In this document: in pieces, positions 16,713-32,262 of the stretch
Numbering within the stretch: the first letter of the stretch is position 1
How the letters are laid out: every line of letters starts with the position of its first letter
DNA from: the human T2T-CHM13v2.0 reference genome, Homo sapiens
Reading direction: 5' to 3' (one strand)
NCBI RefSeq assembly: GCF_009914755.1
Contig: NC_060928.1
Length of the DNA stretch: 64,000 bases
Notes under the pieces: generated by a model
Told to the model about the DNA's origin: nothing
Database searches by the model: none
The model's input: the letters and a program-made list of their open reading frames with translations, nothing else
Position numbers and translations under genes: made by a program

Positions 16713-17489
16713 TGATCAGAAATCTAGACTCACCCTCGCAACTATTACCTAGACAAAGAGTTTTTAAAACTCTCCTAGTTTAATTTCATCCATTTCCTCT
16801 AGATTGTCTTCCATAATTAAGCACGCTAGTACTTAAAGGAAGCAGTGTGAGTCCCTAAGCCACAGTACCCCCAGAAATCATGAAACCATTTCCAAAACTG
16901 TTCTACAATGTTTTACAGTATCATCATCTTCTAATAGACTCATAGAAAAGTCAAAGATGCCATTTAGTGCACCTAAACCAAGGGTTCTTAACCTCAGGAA
17001 TCTGTAATTCCCCTAAAAGTGTTTTCTTTGTGGATCTGTGCATTGTCAGGGGAATAAAAATCAAAGCATTCAGATTCTCAAAAGCATCTATGACTCCCAA
17101 AAAGGTTACAAACCAATAAGATCACTCTTCCATTTTTTAAAGAAGAGAAACGGACCTACAAAAAGTTCAGTGACTTGATCAGGGTTAAAAAGTAGGGAGG
17201 TCTTAATTTACTTTAAAAATTATGAATTCACTATAAATGTCTTTGCTGATAATAATGGCCTAAATATGACCCAACTACTAGATGAGGAGGCCGCAGTTCC
17301 CACCCCCAAAAATGTTTGGTCTAATGAGGGAAGAGGACAGTGAAGAATAGCCATAAAACAACCCGGAAGTCCAGGGCTCAAAATCTACATGGAGTCTAGC
17401 GGGAGCATCTGAGAGGGCTACCCTAGGGCAGAGCAACCCATGACCTTTAAAAACGCCAGGTAAGGAGCAGGAAAACAGCAAGAGGCAGC

Positions 17490-17803
17490 CGCAGCCTTGC
17501 CAATGAGAAGAGCCATGGGGAAAGCAGACTTTCCAGCTTCTGGAGGCCACCTGCATGTCTTGGCTGATGGTCCCTGTCTCTCTTCTCAAGGCCTGGCGTA
17601 GCATCCTCAGACCTTTCTGACTCTGACACTACTGACTCCCTTTATGAAGACCCTTGTGATAACTGCACAGATAATCCAGGAAAATCTTCCCAGCTCAAGA
17701 TCAGGACTGAGGGTTGATGCCTTCTAAGATCTTGATAAATTTGTGTTGTTTTAAGCCATTATGTGTGTTGTAATTTCTTACAACAGCAACAGAAAACTAA
17801 TAC
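17490..17803. mobile_element. MLT1 MaLR LTR fragments
   Basis: cttctggaggccacctgcatgtcttggc and gttgttttaagcca...agaaaactaataca motifs. Confidence 0.6.
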
Positions 17804-18013
17804 ATGGGTAGCACAAAAGACTCATGCCATAGGTTAGAAAGAGAACAAGATAATAAAATAGAATTTTACAGGAACAGAAAAAAGGAACTAGCTCAGGTCA
17901 GCTCTAACCAAAACTTAAAAGTGGAATGGGGGATCAAATATTAATATTCCTTCCAGGGACCAGATGGCAAATTAAGATCACTCAAGTAGTTCATGGTTAA
18001 AAATGAATCCAGG

Positions 18014-18645
<632 letters not shown>

Positions 18646-19236
18646 ATCCATAAAGTGTACTTAATATTTATGCACATTTTCCAAGTTTCTAAAGTTCAAC
18701 AAAACTGTACCAAATGCAAGTATTTTTGAACTTCCTTAAACTTTTCCAAGCACATTCATTTTCAATGATCTGAGCAGCCTCCTCCTGTTACATGCTAAAC
18801 TGTTATTTCCTATCCCAAATGACTAGGTCAGTTTACTACTAGAGTAAATTGGTAAAAAATAGTTCATTTCTTTAAATAGTTCAATTATTTTCCTATTAAT
18901 TATTCTGAAGCTGCGAAGCTATTCCCACTAATAGGCATAATAACAATAACAGTAACAGTGCCACCTCAGACTTACGCAGTCTTTAAAATTTTAAATTATG
19001 ACATCTACCATTTTATTGTCCAAAGTATCCTTTTAAGTGGCAAAACAAGTGTTATACTGATTACAGATGATAAAACTCAGGCCCATAAAATATAAGGAAC
19101 TTATCCAGGATCATTCATCTAGTTACCAATAAAATAAAAACTAAAACACAAATCTTTTGACTCACATGATCATTACTGGATAAAGGCCAAATACACCAAA
19201 TCGATAAAATACCCGAAACAGAGTAATCCCACCTAC

Positions 19237-19382
19237 CTGAGACTCATATGCAAGGCCAGGTCCTGAACAATACGATCATGTTTGCCTGTAGACGAGTGCT
19301 TCCCCAGCCAGCTTGGGAAGGTGGGAAACTGGGTCATGTACCCCCTCATCAACTCTCCAGGAAGAACACTGGCATAAATGGC
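19237..19382 (-). CDS. RFC1: RFC1 exon 22: AIYASVLPGELM...LALHMSL(R)
   Basis: 146 nt, CAG/GTAGGT, phases consistent. Confidence 0.95.
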
Positions 19383-19863
19383 CTGAAAAAAAATCAATTG
19401 CAGTCCAGAATTTATGTTCCGTACAAAGTTACTTCCTTAATAGTCATTGGCTTCCAAACAGTCTACGGAAGATAAAGCAACACTGTACCAAATACCTACC
19501 TACAGGGCAGTCAGACCCTTTCTATAACTCTGATCTGCTGGTACAGGAAACTTCTCCCAGAGAAAACAACAGATTGCGGTACACACCTTGATCCAACATG
19601 TTATGGCCCTCAGGGAGATCATGTCGCCAACTCAGCCTCCTCAAGCAACTAATCTCAACATACCGGTTACCTCACCGATGCCAACGTCACAGCAAATAAT
19701 TACTTAAGAGGGATATGATGGTCTTTAACATAAATGACTGACAACATAGGTAGATTAAAGCATAGAAAGACTAATGATTACGGTCAATTAAACTGGCATT
19801 TGAGAAAAGTTTTTTAAAAATGTAACCTTAGATGTCTTCTATGTCCAGGGTTTTCACTTTCTT

Positions 19864-21334
<1,471 letters not shown>

Positions 21335-21655
21335 TTCACTTTCTTAAAGGCTGGAATTATAGTTTACATAAATTTTGTATGCTGCTTTACTCTAGTAATT
21401 CCCTCACAAGCACTTTTTCATATTAGATAATCTTTGCAAATAGTTTTAAAGGCTATAAATACTTCTTCAAGAGGATTCATCATAATTATTCTCCTACTGC
21501 TAGACATGGAGATTTTCTCCAACTTTTTGTTATCAGAACACTTTAGGAAGTATTTTTGTACATTAAGCTTTTCCTGTGTTAAAACATTATGCCTTTAAGC
21601 TACAATTATTAAGTAAACAAAACAAAACACATAAAATGTAAAAGAAAAGATTCTG

Positions 21656-22085
<430 letters not shown>

Positions 22086-22461
22086 CTATACAAAAGTCAA
22101 AAAGAACGAATAACTCTCTTAATTACAAATGTCTATCAAATTCTGTTTCGAGTTAAAGATCTCAACCTAAATACAGTACCCAATATAAAACTGCCTTTTT
22201 AGCAAGGAAGAAAATCCGAATGAATGCATCAGAGACATGGCTGCTGGCCTGCCCTAGCTGCACTGCTTCTAGAAGCCGCTACTCAGTGACCACCTGGGAG
22301 AGCCAAGAATGACCAAAAATAAAAAAACAAGGATTCTTAAGGTAAAACACAGCAAATGAAACTTTTGATTCACATCTTACAACCAAAATCTAACATTCCT
22401 ATTTCTATGTGTCCATTTACATTAAAAATTTTTTGAAATATAGAAAAATAAGGCCAGATTG

Positions 22462-23268
22462 GGCCGGGCGCAGTGGCTCATGCCTGTAATCCCAGCACTT
22501 TGGAAGGCCAAGGCGGGCGGATCACGAGGTCAGGAGATTAAGACCATCCTGGCCAACACTGTTGGGAACAGGCCCCCCAAAATCTGGCCATAAACAAAAT
22601 CTCTGCAGCACTGTGACATGTTCATGATGGCCCTAACGCCCACACTGGAAGGTTGTGGGTTTACGGGAATGAGGGCAAGGAACACCTGGCCCGCCCAGGG
22701 CAGAAAACCGCTTAAAGGCATTCTTAAACCACAAACAATAGCATGAGCGATCTGTGCCTTAAGAACATGCTCCTGCTACAGTTAACTAGCCCAACCTATT
22801 CCTTTAATTCGGCCCATCCCTTCATTTCCCATAAGGGATACTTTCAGTTAATTTAATATCTATAGAAACAATGCTAATGACTGGCTTGCTGTTAATAAAT
22901 ACACGGGTAAATCTCTGTTCGAGGCTCTCAGCTCTGAAGGCTGTGAGACCCCTGATTTCCCACTTCACACCTCTGTATTTCCGTGTGTGTGTCTTTAATT
23001 CCTCTAGTGCCGCTGGGTTAGGGTCTCCCCGACTGAGCTGGTCTCGGCAAACACAGTGAAACCCTGTCGCTACTAAAAATACAAAAAATTAGCTGGGCGT
23101 GGTGACGGGCGCCTGTAGTCCCAGCTACCCAGGAATCTGAGGCAGGAGAATGGCATGAACCCAGGAGGCGGAGCTTGCAGTGAGCCAAGATCACGCCACG
23201 GCACTCCAGCCTGGGCAACACAGCAACACTGTCTCAAAAAAAAAAAAAAAAAAAGAAAGAAAGAAAAA
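22462..23268 (+). mobile_element. AluY/AluSc8-like element split by an LTR
   Basis: Left part 22462-22559, resumes at 23050; gaatggcatgaacc/ggagcttgcag diagnostics; 19-bp TSD agaaaaataaggccagatt. Confidence 0.9.
22560..23049 (+). mobile_element. Solo LTR, LTR3-like (HERV-K HML-6)
   Basis: TG...CA ends (tgttgggaacaggcccc...tctcggca), AATAAA near 22893, 5-bp TSD aacac; family by recall. Confidence 0.8.
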
Positions 23269-23389
23269 AGAAAAATAAGGCCAGATTAGGAAACAGACGA
23301 TAGTTACCACAGAGTATTATAATCTGTAACAGACTATATTTTTGCCACAAGAGCCATAACATTTATCTGGTATTTAAAATAACTACAGG

Positions 23390-23570
23390 ATTAGCTGGGT
23401 ATGGTGGCGGGCACCTGTAGTCCCAGCTACTCAGGAGGCTGAGGCAGGAGAATCTCTTGAACCCGGGAGGCAGAGGCTCCAGTGAGCCGAGATCATACCA
23501 CTACACTCCAGCCCGGGCAACAGAGCGAGACTCGATCTCAAAAATAAAGTAAACAAAATAAAATAAAATA
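23390..23570 (+). mobile_element. 5'-truncated Alu (right arm)
   Basis: Right-arm consensus plus A-rich tail. Confidence 0.85.
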
Positions 23571-23645
23571 AGTACAGCAGCTAAAAGCTATTTAGTTCTC
23601 TTAGTAAAAGCAGAGCCTGCATGTTAGGGAGAGCCCTCTGCTCAC

Positions 23646-23763
23646 CTGCGCAGGCAGAAGACTCCAGTTTTGCTTACTCCGGATCTGGCTGTCCACTAGG
23701 TCACCATCGCATATGCTGTCTGCTGCTCTGCTTAAAAGCATCAGGTGCTTTTTCATGTCACCC
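23646..23763 (-). CDS. RFC1: RFC1 exon 21: GDMKKHLMLLSRAADSICDGD...NWSLLPAQ
   Basis: 118 nt, CAG/GTGAG. Confidence 0.95.
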
Positions 23764-23884
23764 CTGCAGGAAAGAACCAGTCTGGATTATCCCACTCTCC
23801 ACACCCCAGGTCCCTTCTTCACGGGTATTTAGCCTTCGCAGTGCTGGATACTAAGCACACCTCTCACCAGCTCTGGACACTCAC

Positions 23885-24039
23885 CCTGCTGCTACAGGCT
23901 TCACGTGTATGTAATTTTCCTGGACGAAGAGGGGTGCTATTGAATAATCATGAAAAAAGAGATCTGACTTGTCCACAAGTGACATGTGAGCAGTCTCCTC
24001 TCCAGCTGCAAACACTTTCCGGGCAACATCAAACGGGCC
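23885..24039 (-). CDS. RFC1: RFC1 exon 20: GPFDVARKVF...VKPVAA(G)
   Basis: 155 nt, CAG/GTGAGT. Confidence 0.95.
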
Positions 24040-24055
24040 CTGAAAAAAGAGAGGG

Positions 24056-25285
24056 ACACACCTATTAGAATGGCCAAAATTCAAAACGGTAACATCACCA
24101 AATGCTAACGAGGATATGGAACAAGAGGAATTCCATTCATTGCTGGTGGGAATGCAAAACTGTACCGTTTGGTAGTTTCTTACAAAATTAAACATACTCT
24201 TACCACGCGATCCAGCAACCACGCTTCTTGGTATTCACCCAAATGAAACTATGTTCACACAAAAATCTGCACAGGATGTTTACAAGCAGTTTTATTTATA
24301 ATTACCAAAAGTTGTAAGCAACCAAGATGTCCTTTTAGTAGGTAAATAAACAATTTAACTGTGGTACATTCACACAATGTAATATTATTCAACATTAAAA
24401 AGAAGTGAGCTATCAAGCCATGAAAAGACATGGGGGGGCAGGGCATGGTGGCTCACCCCTGTAATCCGAGCACTTTGGGAGGCTGAGGTGGGCGGATCAC
24501 TTGAGGTCAGGAGTTCGAGACCAGCCTGGCCAACATAGTAAAACCTCGTCTCTACTAAAAATAAAAAATTGGCCAGGTGTGGTGGCAGGTGCCTGTAACC
24601 CGAGCTACTCAGAAGCCTGAGGCAAGAGAATCACATGAACCCGGGAGGCAGAGGCTACAGTGTGCCAAGATCACACCACTGTACTCCAGCCTGGGTGACA
24701 AAGCAAGACTCCGGAAAAAAAAAAACCAAAAAAAACAAAAACAAAAACAAAAAAGTTATGGAAGAACCTTATATGCCATTACTACGTGAAAAAAGCCAAG
24801 TGGAAAAGTCCACATACTACATGATTCCAACTATACCACATTCTGGAAAAGGCAAAACTATGGACACAGTGAAAGGATCAGTGGCTGCCAGGGGTTGTAG
24901 GGAGGAAAGCGGAAAGGAAGAATGAACAGGTAGAGCACAGAGGATGTTCAGGACAGTGAAACTATTCTGTATGATACTACAATGGTGAATACATGTCATT
25001 TGTCAAAACCACACAACGTACAACACCAAGAGGGAATGCTAATGTCAACTACGGACTCTGGGTGATAATGAGGTATCACTGTAGGTTCATCGATTGTAAC
25101 AGATACACCACTGTGGTGGGGGATGTTGGCAGTGGGAGAGGCTGTGCGTGTGAGGGGGACATGAAGTATGTGAGAACTCTCTGTACCTTCCACTCCATTT
25201 TTAATCCATAGGCCAGGCATGGATCACCATGTTGGCCAGGCTGGTCTCAAACTCCTGAGCCTCAACTGCTCTAAAAAATAAAGCG
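24056..25285 (+). mobile_element. L1MB/L1MC 3' end, interrupted by AluS (24437-24754)
   Basis: acacacctattagaatggccaaaat...attgctggtgggaatgcaaaa; typical 3'UTR ending aactgctctaaaaaataaa. Confidence 0.8.
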
Positions 25286-25288
25286 TAT

Positions 25289-25420
25289 AGGCCAGACGTG
25301 GTGGCTCACACCTATAATCCCGGCACCTTGGGGGCCACAGCAGGAGGATCACTTGAGGCCAGGAATTCAAGACCAGTCGGGGAAACATAGCGAGACCCTG
25401 TCTCTACCAAAAATTTTGAA
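25289..25420 (+). mobile_element. FLAM/AluJ left monomer
   Basis: Left-arm consensus. Confidence 0.75.
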
Positions 25421-25902
25421 AATTTAAATAAATAAGAAAGTGTATTAACTTTTTTAGAACCTGCTTAATCATTGCTCTAACTACAAATTCTGATTAGCAA
25501 CTAGGTAAAATACAACACAGAGGAAACTGATACATACCTCTAGTTTCAGAGAGGTCATTAAACTAAACCATTTGACATGGATTATTCTGAACAGTGCAAA
25601 ACCATTCCAAACACGAAAGCCAAACATAAAGAACTCTGGAAAAGCCATTTTATAATTGTTGAAGCATAAGTATAATTTAAAATTTATCCCTTTCTCAAAA
25701 TTTATAATTGACATTGACAATCTTTGAGAAAAAAATCATTTGAATTAGAAACACTTTCAGCAGCTGTCTATACTTCCTACTATATATCCCTGGATTCCAC
25801 AGGCATACCAAGGAACTATAATAACTACTTCTATCAAGCTACCTACAGAACAAGAAGTGTTTTGGCTTAGGAAAGTAACTAAGACATGGACATTTATTTT
25901 AC

Positions 25903-26001
25903 CATTTTGATATCCTTTTTGGCTCTGTGAGAATCAGCTTTGGCCTGGTCATAGGTTAATGCTTTACTTCGTGCACACCACATACTCAGATTATGTAAAA
26001 C
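25903..26001 (-). CDS. RFC1: RFC1 exon 19: VLHNLSMWCA...AKKDIKM
   Basis: 99 nt, TAG/GTAAAA. Confidence 0.95.
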
Positions 26002-26124
26002 CTAAAAGAATCACAAATAAGACAACGTCAAGATAGGAAAATCCTGTTGCTCCCCATCCCTACAAGGTTGAAAGCATTAGTTAAAAATAATCAACAACTG
26101 TTACATGATATATATTTAATTTAC

Positions 26125-26220
26125 CTGTCTGATATCTTGATTGGCTCCCAAAATTATTTCATTCATAGCTGGAGGGGGAATCTTTAAACCTTCTTTAAAT
26201 GCAATAGACATCATAGCACC
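26125..26220 (-). CDS. RFC1: RFC1 exon 18: GAMMSIAFKEG...NQDIRQ (AAA+ lid, sensor 2)
   Basis: 96 nt, CAG/GTAAAT. Confidence 0.95.
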
Positions 26221-26361
26221 CTGAAATTGACAAGGGAGGAGTCCTCAATGATTTTTAACTCATATAATCAGGTATTTTAAAAATATTTATCAGGTACTTT
26301 TAAAAATTGACCCTTAAATAAATAGGCTAGTGTGATGGAAAAAAAATTTCAATCATCATAC

Positions 26362-26499
26362 CTTAATCTGTTCAACCCGAGGTCTTTGAAAACGAAGATC
26401 AAAACAATAATGAACCAGAGAGCGAATCTTGGGATGATTTCTATCATTGCACATACAAATAATGGGAATTTTAGTATGTTTTATCAGGCCAATTAATTC
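26362..26499 (-). CDS. RFC1: RFC1 exon 17: ELIGLIKHTKIPIICMCND...RVEQIK (sensor 1)
   Basis: 138 nt, CAG/GTATGA. Confidence 0.95.
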
Positions 26500-26684
26500 C
26501 TGAAAGGCAAGTTTGCAACACAAAAATAATTATTTTAAAAATGACAAATACCACACAAGCTATTTTAGGTTCTAAAAATCTCCTCAGCAACATGCCTTAA
26601 CTGCCCTAAGTATGAGAGAATGACAATGTTCTAACAATCTAAATTATCAACAGTGAAACTGCAAAAATACAGCACTTGAATTAC

Positions 26685-26776
26685 CTGAATTCCTCCCCTA
26701 TCCTCATTGCCTGCCATGCCATCTACTTCATCCATGATGAGAGCATGTTTCGTGCTTACTGAAGAGGCTGCTCCAT
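26685..26776 (-). CDS. RFC1: RFC1 exon 16: GAASSVSTKHALIMDEVDGM...GGIQ (Walker B)
   Basis: 92 nt, CAG/GTAATT, DEVD motif. Confidence 0.95.
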
Positions 26777-27076
26777 CTGACCCAGGTTGAGGAGCAATGG
26801 GATGAGACAAAAACAAAATAACAATTGCTCAAAAACTGCTGCTCTGTAGAAAATTATGTAACAGATATTAAACTTCAAAAGCTACAAGAATATGCAGCAC
26901 TGGACTACAGAGTGTTGTTAAAGAAAAAAAAAAAAAAAGAATATGCAGAGAAGAGAAACTCTCCCTGCCACCCCTTCCCCTGCAGACCCCAATTCCCTTC
27001 CCAGAGGCAAACAACAGTCTCTTATATGTCCTTTAAGAGATATTGTACACATATGTGCATAAAAATATACAACTGA

Positions 27077-27403
<327 letters not shown>

Positions 27404-28438
27404 TGATTCATTCTTTATCTTACAGATACAGAACACTTCATTTTTTAAGGCAATTTAATACTCCATTCTACACTTGTATCACACACTTTACTTAATCACC
27501 ATTAATGAAATATATAGGATGCTTCCAAGCTTTTTTCTATTATGTCATACTAAATGACTATCCTTATCTATATGGCATATATATGCCACTTTGCACATAT
27601 AAAATAATAGCTAAATTCCAGCAATTGGAATTTCTGGGCTAGACGGTATGTGTAATTTGAGAAATATTGCTGGACTCTCTCCAGAGTTGTACCAATCTAC
27701 CCTCCCACCAGCCACGTCTAAGAGTGACATTTCCTGAGCAAATTATTTTGAACAATGTGAAGGCACCAAGAATTCAGGTGACAAAACAACACACCATAGA
27801 CTCTAAATAGGCACTGTGCGGTCCTTAACTTGAGCATCTTATTTTCCATGAACTCTGGCCATAGAGGACCACTAGCTACAACCTGAAACACAGTGGGCAT
27901 TTGCACACTGTCTTCTCTTTTACTACCTTTGCCTGCAGTGACCTCTTCCACCTCCAAATAGTTTTCTTTCTCATTCTTTGAGGTCTTTCAAAACAATTAT
28001 CACCCCTTTAACTCAATGCCCCAAGCATAATTACTTCTTCATCTGCTGGCCTTATTACCTCACTCTGTATTACATACTTTATTACATACATGCAGAGTGA
28101 GGTTAATAAGGTAATGAGGTAATAAGTCACACTGCATTACACATGGTTTTTTATTTTCTTTCTCTCTTTACAGGATTCACCTGTGAATCCTCTAAAATCA
28201 TGAAAAACGAATATGTGCATGTACACATTTTTATCACATTCTTAGAAACCTCTAAGACCTACGAAAGGGTAAGTACTGCCCCATAAGAGTGATGTCAGAC
28301 GGCTTTCTTATTCTCTTGTTAGCCCCAGAATTTAGTAGGGTGCTTGGCACACAACCTGTGTTCAATACTGGTTACTGAACATTGAAATGAACATATTTTT
28401 CTTATATAACAACAACAGGAGGTCAAAAAGCCACATAC

Positions 28439-28553
28439 TTGAATAAAAGCCTTTGATGCTGGTATTGTTCAGTGACTCAGCAACAATCGCCTTCAAACTG
28501 CTCTTACTCCGGGTGTCACTTGCATTCAGTTCCACGTAGCTGTATCCCAACTC
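28439..28553 (-). CDS. RFC1: RFC1 exon 15: ELGYSYVELNASDTRS...KGFYS(N) (RFC box IV)
   Basis: 115 nt, TAG/GTATGT, ELNASD motif. Confidence 0.95.
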
Positions 28554-28949
28554 CTAATCAAAATATTGGAAACCACTGAAGGCACAATACAAATTAACTC
28601 CACCACCCCCGCCAAGAAAGGCCAGTTAAGAAAGAAAGAAGGTACAAAATTAATATAAAAACCCATAGGTAAAGTATAAAGTATGATACTAACAGACAAT
28701 GAGATTAACTATAGTATGCCTTACAATATTAGAAATTTTTAGAATATCATATACATACATATAACATACACATACAAACACAAATAAGTTTGGTCTTAAA
28801 ACTTCAGCTGACAAATCACTAATCTGGAAGAGTATATTCAAACAAGCAATTTTACTAAATTTACTTCTTAAAGTCCTAAAAAAAGGATTAAACATAATCA
28901 TCCCAACAATTCACTATCAGACACAGAATTAATCTAGTATAAGATACCA

Positions 28950-29273
<324 letters not shown>

Positions 29274-30218
29274 CTAAGATAATTTATAAAGTTAAATCAT
29301 TCTTTGTCACGACACTATCCCAATAAACTATTTTCCTCTGAAATCAGGAAAATTCAAATTCTTCTGATTCATTTCCCAAAACTGATTACCTTATGCCTTA
29401 ATTCATAAAAAATATAATGATAATAATAAAGAGAGAAAAAGAGTTGTGTTCACAACTGTAGGGACTAGGAAAAAAATGTTGTTTTGCTTTTTCATTAATG
29501 TTTATAAACACAGTGGAAACAGATAAAATTTTATTTAAATTTTATGCAGATGCATACAACAAAAAAACAAAAGAAACCACAAGCTTATGCAGCAGAGGAT
29601 TGAGAAATCCAGCAATAAATTTCTAATCTCTTATTTCATCACTGTGATACTAACACGTGAACTCTGATCTGCTCTAGTGCCTAAGCAAGTCAAGTTCTCC
29701 CATTGTCTACAGGGATTCAGTAGCAATAGAGACAATAGGAACGAAGGCAGGATCACACAGTGCTGAAGAGCAGAACCCTGAGTCGCGCTACCGGGTGAAA
29801 ACTGGGCCTCCACCCTCCTCCCTAAGCCTATTTCATTTGACACATGTGGATGATGACAGTACAGATAATTATTCAGTACACAGAATTATTCAAAGGCATT
29901 AAGATATTTGCATCTTTCAGAGTCTAGAATACATGTTTTTGTTATCTATAATACACCCACGTGCTTAGTACACTGCCTCGCTCGTTGGTAAGTATTGCTT
30001 ATTACTTTAATTACCAATATTTTAAAAGGATTAAAATTACAAACATCGCCAGAACCAAAACAGGTTCTAAAGGTTTTATCTTAGAAAAATAAACACAGTT
30101 TATATATAGACACCACACACACACACATGCACACGCACAGATGTGGGTACACACTTTTATCTCCTAGCCATGACCACTCGAGGTTATCTGTCCAACCACA
30201 CTGTGACAACGCACCCAC

Positions 30219-30331
30219 CTGACACACCAGGGAAGCTGTGGTGGTTTTGCCAACACCAGGAGGGCCTGACAGCAACGCTGCTTTAAAACTAGAGCCATCA
30301 TCTTTGCCGGAAAATTTACCAAACTTTGCTG
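30219..30331 (-). CDS. RFC1: RFC1 exon 14: (A)AKFGKF...LLSGPPGVGKTTTASLVCQ (Walker A); alternative start at 30328
   Basis: GPPGVGKT P-loop; TAGCAG tandem acceptor; GTGGGT donor. Confidence 0.95.
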
Positions 30332-31061
30332 CTAGGAAAAAAGAAGTTCCAGAGTGTCAACCTATATCACCTAACAGAAATTCAAGCATGGCAGAAATAG
30401 TTATGCCTAAACTTCACATAGACAGCTGTCCTCCAGTTTAGTTCTAAATTTGCAGACTATTTTCTACAAAGCATAAACAAGTTTCCAGAGCATTCAGTGA
30501 AATTCTACTTCCTACCTCACCCCCACCCAAAATAAAAAACTAAAACTAACTCACTTAAAACTCTTGATTTGAAATAATAATTGTATGAGTTTCCTTTCCT
30601 GTGAACGCACAGGCCATGGAGCACGCTGCCGGGGCTCGATCCCAACTCCATCCATCCTCATGCCACCTCTCACCAGCCGTGGGTACTTTAGAAGTGACTT
30701 AGCCCCTCTGTGCCTGCCTCCTCCTTTGTTAGATGAGGAGAACAACAGTAAAGTTGCTGCTAAGGATGTTGTGAGGACGGAATGGCTGAGCACAGAGCCA
30801 TGCAAGCTTCACTAAATGTTAACAAGCATAGTAGCTACATGGTCACAAGAAGAAAAAATGACTTGAAGATGCTGCGTCTGCAACTACCTTGTGCCCCTCA
30901 ACACTACAGCACTCTTCCTCCCCTCACCACGTGAGCACCTGGCACATACATCATGCTCAACTCATACTCAATAACTGACAGAGACAATGGTTTTCAACCT
31001 ACTGCCAGCGGGCATGAAGACAGGGACTAGAGTTCACCCGAAGCTTTAAAACAGTCTTCTT

Positions 31062-31372
31062 GGCTGGGTGCGGTGGCTCACGCCTGTAATCTCAGCACCT
31101 GGGGAGGCCAAGGCGGGTAGAGCACAAGGTCAGGAGTTCAAGACCAGCCTGGCCAGCATGGTGAAATCCCATCTCTACTAAAACTACAAAAAATTAGCCA
31201 GGCATGGTGGTGTGCACCTGTAGTCTCAGCTGCTCAGGAGGCTGAGACAGAAGAATCACCTGAACCCAGGAAGCAGAGGTTGCAGTGAGCCAAGATCGCA
31301 CCACTGCACTCCAGCCTGGGCAACAGAGCAAGACTCTGTCTCAAAACAAAACAAAACAAAACAAAAAAAAAA
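31062..31372 (+). mobile_element. AluSg/Sc-like with (AAAAC)n tail
   Basis: Full Alu, TSD aaaacagtcttct. Confidence 0.9.
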
Positions 31373-31779
31373 CAGTCTTCTCCAGGCACATGAAATGCCT
31401 GTCTCCTCTTTTAAGGGAGATTTTATGAAGTTTCAGAATGAAAAAAGTGATTTAACTTAAATTTAGTCCTGTATCATTACAATATATTATTTTTATAAAT
31501 AAACAGGCATCATTGGCAATGATGATTGGCAATCTAGTCATCACTGGTCTATGTTGAAAACACTACTAAAACATTTGTGATCTCAAAGCTCAGTTAAGAA
31601 AATACTTTGGACATTAAATACATATTGGAGCTTTTCACTCTCCACGACAAATAATACATCATAAACAAGGACAGAAACTACAGAAGCACAGGCCTATCGG
31701 GCCTGCCACAGCAAATCGTGCTTGCTACTGGGAGTTTAGGCTGACTGCCCTGCACGCATGCCTCTGTTATTTATTCACA

Positions 31780-32180
31780 GCTTTCCTCCTAGTGCCCTTG
31801 CCACTCAGGGGTCTTGCTGTCACATGGCTTCAGACCTTGGGACACATACTCTTTCCTACCCAACACTCATCTCTCCCTCCCTTCACCTAGCTAGCTCCTA
31901 CTTTGTTTCCAAGTCTTAGCTTAGCCATCCCTTCCTCTGGGATGGGAGCACACACACCCTGGCCCTGACCACACATCTTCATCCTCACAGCACCCTGGAC
32001 TTACCCCTCTAGCAGTACTTGGCAAATATATTTTAATGGCTGGTTCAGATATGCCTCCCCCACTGCCTGTGAGCTCCTGAGAGGGACTGTTTTGTTCACA
32101 ACACCACCAGCAGGGTCTAGTACTGCACCTGGGTTCAGATCAAGCTCTTAATAAATGCTTGCTGACAGATGAATGAATCG
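31780..32180 (+). mobile_element. L2 3' end remnant
   Basis: gagctcctgagaggga...aataaatgcttgctga...gaatgaat. Confidence 0.6.
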
Positions 32181-32262
32181 TTAGATTTTCTCATATATGT
32201 GCCACTGAGCAATCACATGTTGATATACACACACACAAAAATGAGTGAGGTTGTAAAATCAC

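Noticed and set aside
24034-24034. Pro codon CCG in exon 20, possibly a non-reference synonymous allele
   Set aside because: Relies on memory of the reference base and cannot be verified here; synonymous in any case.
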